Assembly: GCA_963705915.1 (NCBI GenBank)
Contig: OY970126.1
Location: forward strand, 751,893 to 815,892
From: an uncultured bacterium
GTDB lineage: Bacteria; Patescibacteriota; Minisyncoccia; UBA6257; 2-01-FULL-56-20
Direction of reading: 5' to 3'
Length of the DNA stretch: 64,000 bases
Shown: in pieces, positions 62,701 to 64,000 of the stretch
How positions within the stretch are numbered: position 1 is the stretch's first letter
Layout of the letters: the number at the start of each line of letters is the position of its first letter
Notes under the pieces: generated by a model
Databases searched by the model: none
Seen by the model: the letters and a program-made list of their open reading frames with translations, nothing else
Told to the model about the DNA's origin: nothing
Position numbers and translations under genes: made by a program

Positions 62701-64000
62701 CGCCGTCCTCGGAAGCACAACATCCGGGCAAGGATCGTCCGGCGCGATCTATGCTATTGTTTGGAACCGGACGCTGGGATGCCGGGTATGGGACGTGGGA
62801 ACAAATGTGGTCAGTGGCAGCTACGGAGGCTCTTCCACGGGAGCGGTATCGTTCACCTCTGACGGCGTAACCCCGGTCGCCACTTCGACGTTCACACTGC
62901 ATAATGTCAGATTGGGCAAAGGCGGCACGTGGGTCAAGGTGGGTTGCTCAAGCTGCTCCGCTGCAAATTTCCTTTGGCAGATCAATACCACAAATGTTTA
63001 CGAGCAATGGAATGATGCAACCTATGCATGCGGCCACACTGCGGTCGGTTCATCGCTTACCGTAAACACCTGTGACGCTCTAGGGCATTATCAGAATGAT
63101 TTTTCTCGCCCAAACAACAATCCCGGCGATTACACCAGCCTGCCGTCCTCGTTCCCGCCGCAAGTGAGTGGTCCTTGGGATAGCCATCTATCATGGAACA
63201 ACGATAATGCGAGCGACACCGCTCCGTTTTTGATGACGCCCGACAATGGACAATTTGCTCCCGTTGAAGCGTGGGACAACGAGATACTTGGAATTTCGAC
63301 CGATGGCAGCGGCCAAGTTTACCGCTTTGCGCACACCTATGGCACCAATCTCTCCGAGTTTTTCGACGCCAACAATGAAATTGGGGACGTCTCCGCCGAC
63401 GGCAAATATTATCTTTGGACAACCGATTGGGATGGGATGCTCGGCAATATCAACGGAACCTCGTCGTCGTGCACGATCGGCACGGATTGTCGAGCCGACG
63501 TTTTTCTTGCCGTCCTGCCCCTTGCGAGCGACACGACCCCTCCTTCCGTACCAACCGATCTCGTGGCGACGGCAGTATCGACAAGCGAGATCGATTTATC
63601 GTGGGCTTCAAGCACCGATAACGTTGGCGTCGCAGGCTATGACATTTACCGCGACGGTGTAAATATTGCGACAACAACATCTCTTGCGTATGCCGACACG
63701 GGTCTCTCGGCGGATACCTCCTACAGCTATAACGTAGACGCCTTTGACCAAGCAGGTAATGTGTCGGGAGAGAGTTCTTCAACTTCAGCGACCACGGAGT
63801 CAGTAAGTGGCGGTGGAGGAGGCGGCGGTGGCGGCAGCAGCGGCGGAGGCGGTGGTGGCGGTGGCGGTGGTGGGGGATCGTATTATAGTCCTCCTGCGCC
63901 AACATCGACTGTTGTGGCAAGCTCCTCGACTCCAATCCAAGCGCTCCTCGCTGAACTTGAGGTTCTGATAAAAGAGCTGAACGATCAACTGGTCACAAGC
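59741..64000 (+). CDS. giant secreted/cell-surface protein (>1,419 aa; 3' end lies outside the window) with LamG-like, Ig-like and multiple fibronectin-III-like domains and a poly-Gly linker
   Basis: Hand translation from the ATG at 59741 gives an uninterrupted frame to the window end (the track omits ORFs open at the window edge); N-terminal signal anchor; at least 4 FN3-like units; GGGGGGGGSSGGGGGGGGGGG tract near 63810-63870. Confidence 0.7.
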   Translation, partial: MHKVLSPLSGDAKKVFVVFFFATFVSGVFYFGLSTRQVFASSYAYYRSITVTSTSSIASGTLTNFPILVSSTLSSWEPVSDGGKIQHLTTAPNGGQEPADLVFATSSANCGTANLNFETESYTSSTGALVDWVNVPTMEMGTVIYACYGNTSVATDQSHPSSTWNSNYAAVYHLGDNPPTTIHDSTSHGDNLGVGGGSTAQFAGEIDGAINFPNASQYGGIYASSTQASGGGTGNFTISTWVNFNAFFSAYDGLGGAIFEVASGTYPYYEKALVLTGTSTPQISFYVVPSSGSGFTMNSPAAVATGTWYYLTGTLNGTTASLYVNGVFATSTTISGSFMDSPICMVPYNVCGSGNYTRSVDAAVDESRVSNIALSPSWILTEYNNQSSPSTFYTMGNETINNAGPPSVSWISPANNASVSSTITLTASSTDNTLVSSTAFYEGTYGSSLASSTLIGATSTASGTLYSVPWNTGLVANGSTTLWALATDIANNTSSASTTVNVTNTLAITNTTATTITYSGATITWMTNLAASSTVNYGLTSAYGSSTGSSTLVTNHSIALIGLAASTTYHYQALSTTGGGSIATSTDATFTTGISPGTPGTPSFSSVGSSTLTVSWTSASSTNFYSIDRATSSQIYAQIATTTFLSYNDSGLTGNTLYFYEITGVNSSGDGPASASSSELTLPAAPGAPTYTDIGSSTITVNWTAPAGAAAFYELERATSSAVFTQIGTTTSLFYEDAGLATGTTYLYRLRAANATGSGDYSASSSVTTVSGVGPYMARTDTNAQPYPSSIPCPASSAQSQPDGSMGCANGGALYGSNYYFTPSDFPTTPILRVTDVSTPTTNSGKSFFTDCGGSAETNIMDSSDNIFYICDSGSAIRIMTFNSSTPSVSLRYNSYILPDCGSGTGNIGNLFFSFTRPLIGYASCFNSSGDPIIAQLNFTSTSTGPTVANGGITTVVDLSNCVGALAGVGPSAYLDDVSVSADDQTFAVLGSTTSGQGSSGAIYAIVWNRTLGCRVWDVGTNVVSGSYGGSSTGAVSFTSDGVTPVATSTFTLHNVRLGKGGTWVKVGCSSCSAANFLWQINTTNVYEQWNDATYACGHTAVGSSLTVNTCDALGHYQNDFSRPNNNPGDYTSLPSSFPPQVSGPWDSHLSWNNDNASDTAPFLMTPDNGQFAPVEAWDNEILGISTDGSGQVYRFAHTYGTNLSEFFDANNEIGDVSADGKYYLWTTDWDGMLGNINGTSSSCTIGTDCRADVFLAVLPLASDTTPPSVPTDLVATAVSTSEIDLSWASSTDNVGVAGYDIYRDGVNIATTTSLAYADTGLSADTSYSYNVDAFDQAGNVSGESSSTSATTESVSGGGGGGGGGSSGGGGGGGGGGGGSYYSPPAPTSTVVASSSTPIQALLAELEVLIKELNDQLVTS

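Noticed and set aside
1-64000. rRNA operons, transposases/IS elements and restriction-modification systems
   Set aside because: I scanned for these and found no convincing 16S/23S/5S segments, DDE or serine transposase motifs, or methyltransferase-endonuclease pairs. The only nuclease-like genes are the HNH/LAGLIDADG pair reported above.

Overview
The window is a 64-kb bacterial chromosomal segment, about 55% GC, with housekeeping genes on both strands: groES-groEL behind a CIRCE operator, gyrB, secE-nusG-rpsR, infB-rbfA, trxB, mscL, and four tRNAs (Ser-GGA, Ser-GCU, Cys-GCA, Leu-UAA). A short 505-aa IF-2, a split transketolase and many large secreted proteins would fit a reduced-genome (possibly CPR/Patescibacteria-like) organism, but the sequence alone does not settle this. 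Positions 1-16.4 kb are a surface-glycan locus with GDP-heptose-like logic: an Fcl-like epimerase/reductase, split transketolase, GHMP kinase, GmhB-like phosphatase, NDP-sugar nucleotidyltransferase, a methyltransferase, five GT2 glycosyltransferases, a Wzx flippase and a priming sugar-phosphotransferase. The accessory content is richer than the core. (1) Immediately 3' of tRNA-Ser(GGA) is a lower-GC array of five ~28-bp direct repeats. Each bounds a compact small-gene cassette with its own sigma70-like promoter, RBS and terminator. (2) A three-gene membrane flavoprotein module pairs an FMN-binding domain protein and an ApbE flavin transferase with an NqrB/RnfD-like membrane domain fused to an FNR-like reductase. 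(3) A free-standing LAGLIDADG homing endonuclease and an HNH protein sit directly 5' of tRNA-Ser(GCU). (4) Secreted peptidases of families M13, S53 (sedolisin-like) and G1 (glutamic peptidase, rare in bacteria) are present. (5) Regulatory sites are visible for groES (CIRCE), an ArsR regulator (promoter-overlapping inverted repeat) and a Fur-family regulator (perfect 18-bp palindrome). (6) A giant surface protein of more than 1,400 aa (LamG-like, Ig-like and FN3 domains) runs off the 3' edge. No CRISPR array, rRNA, integrase or transposase was found. All calls rest on reading the sequence and ORF track by eye; no database search was possible.
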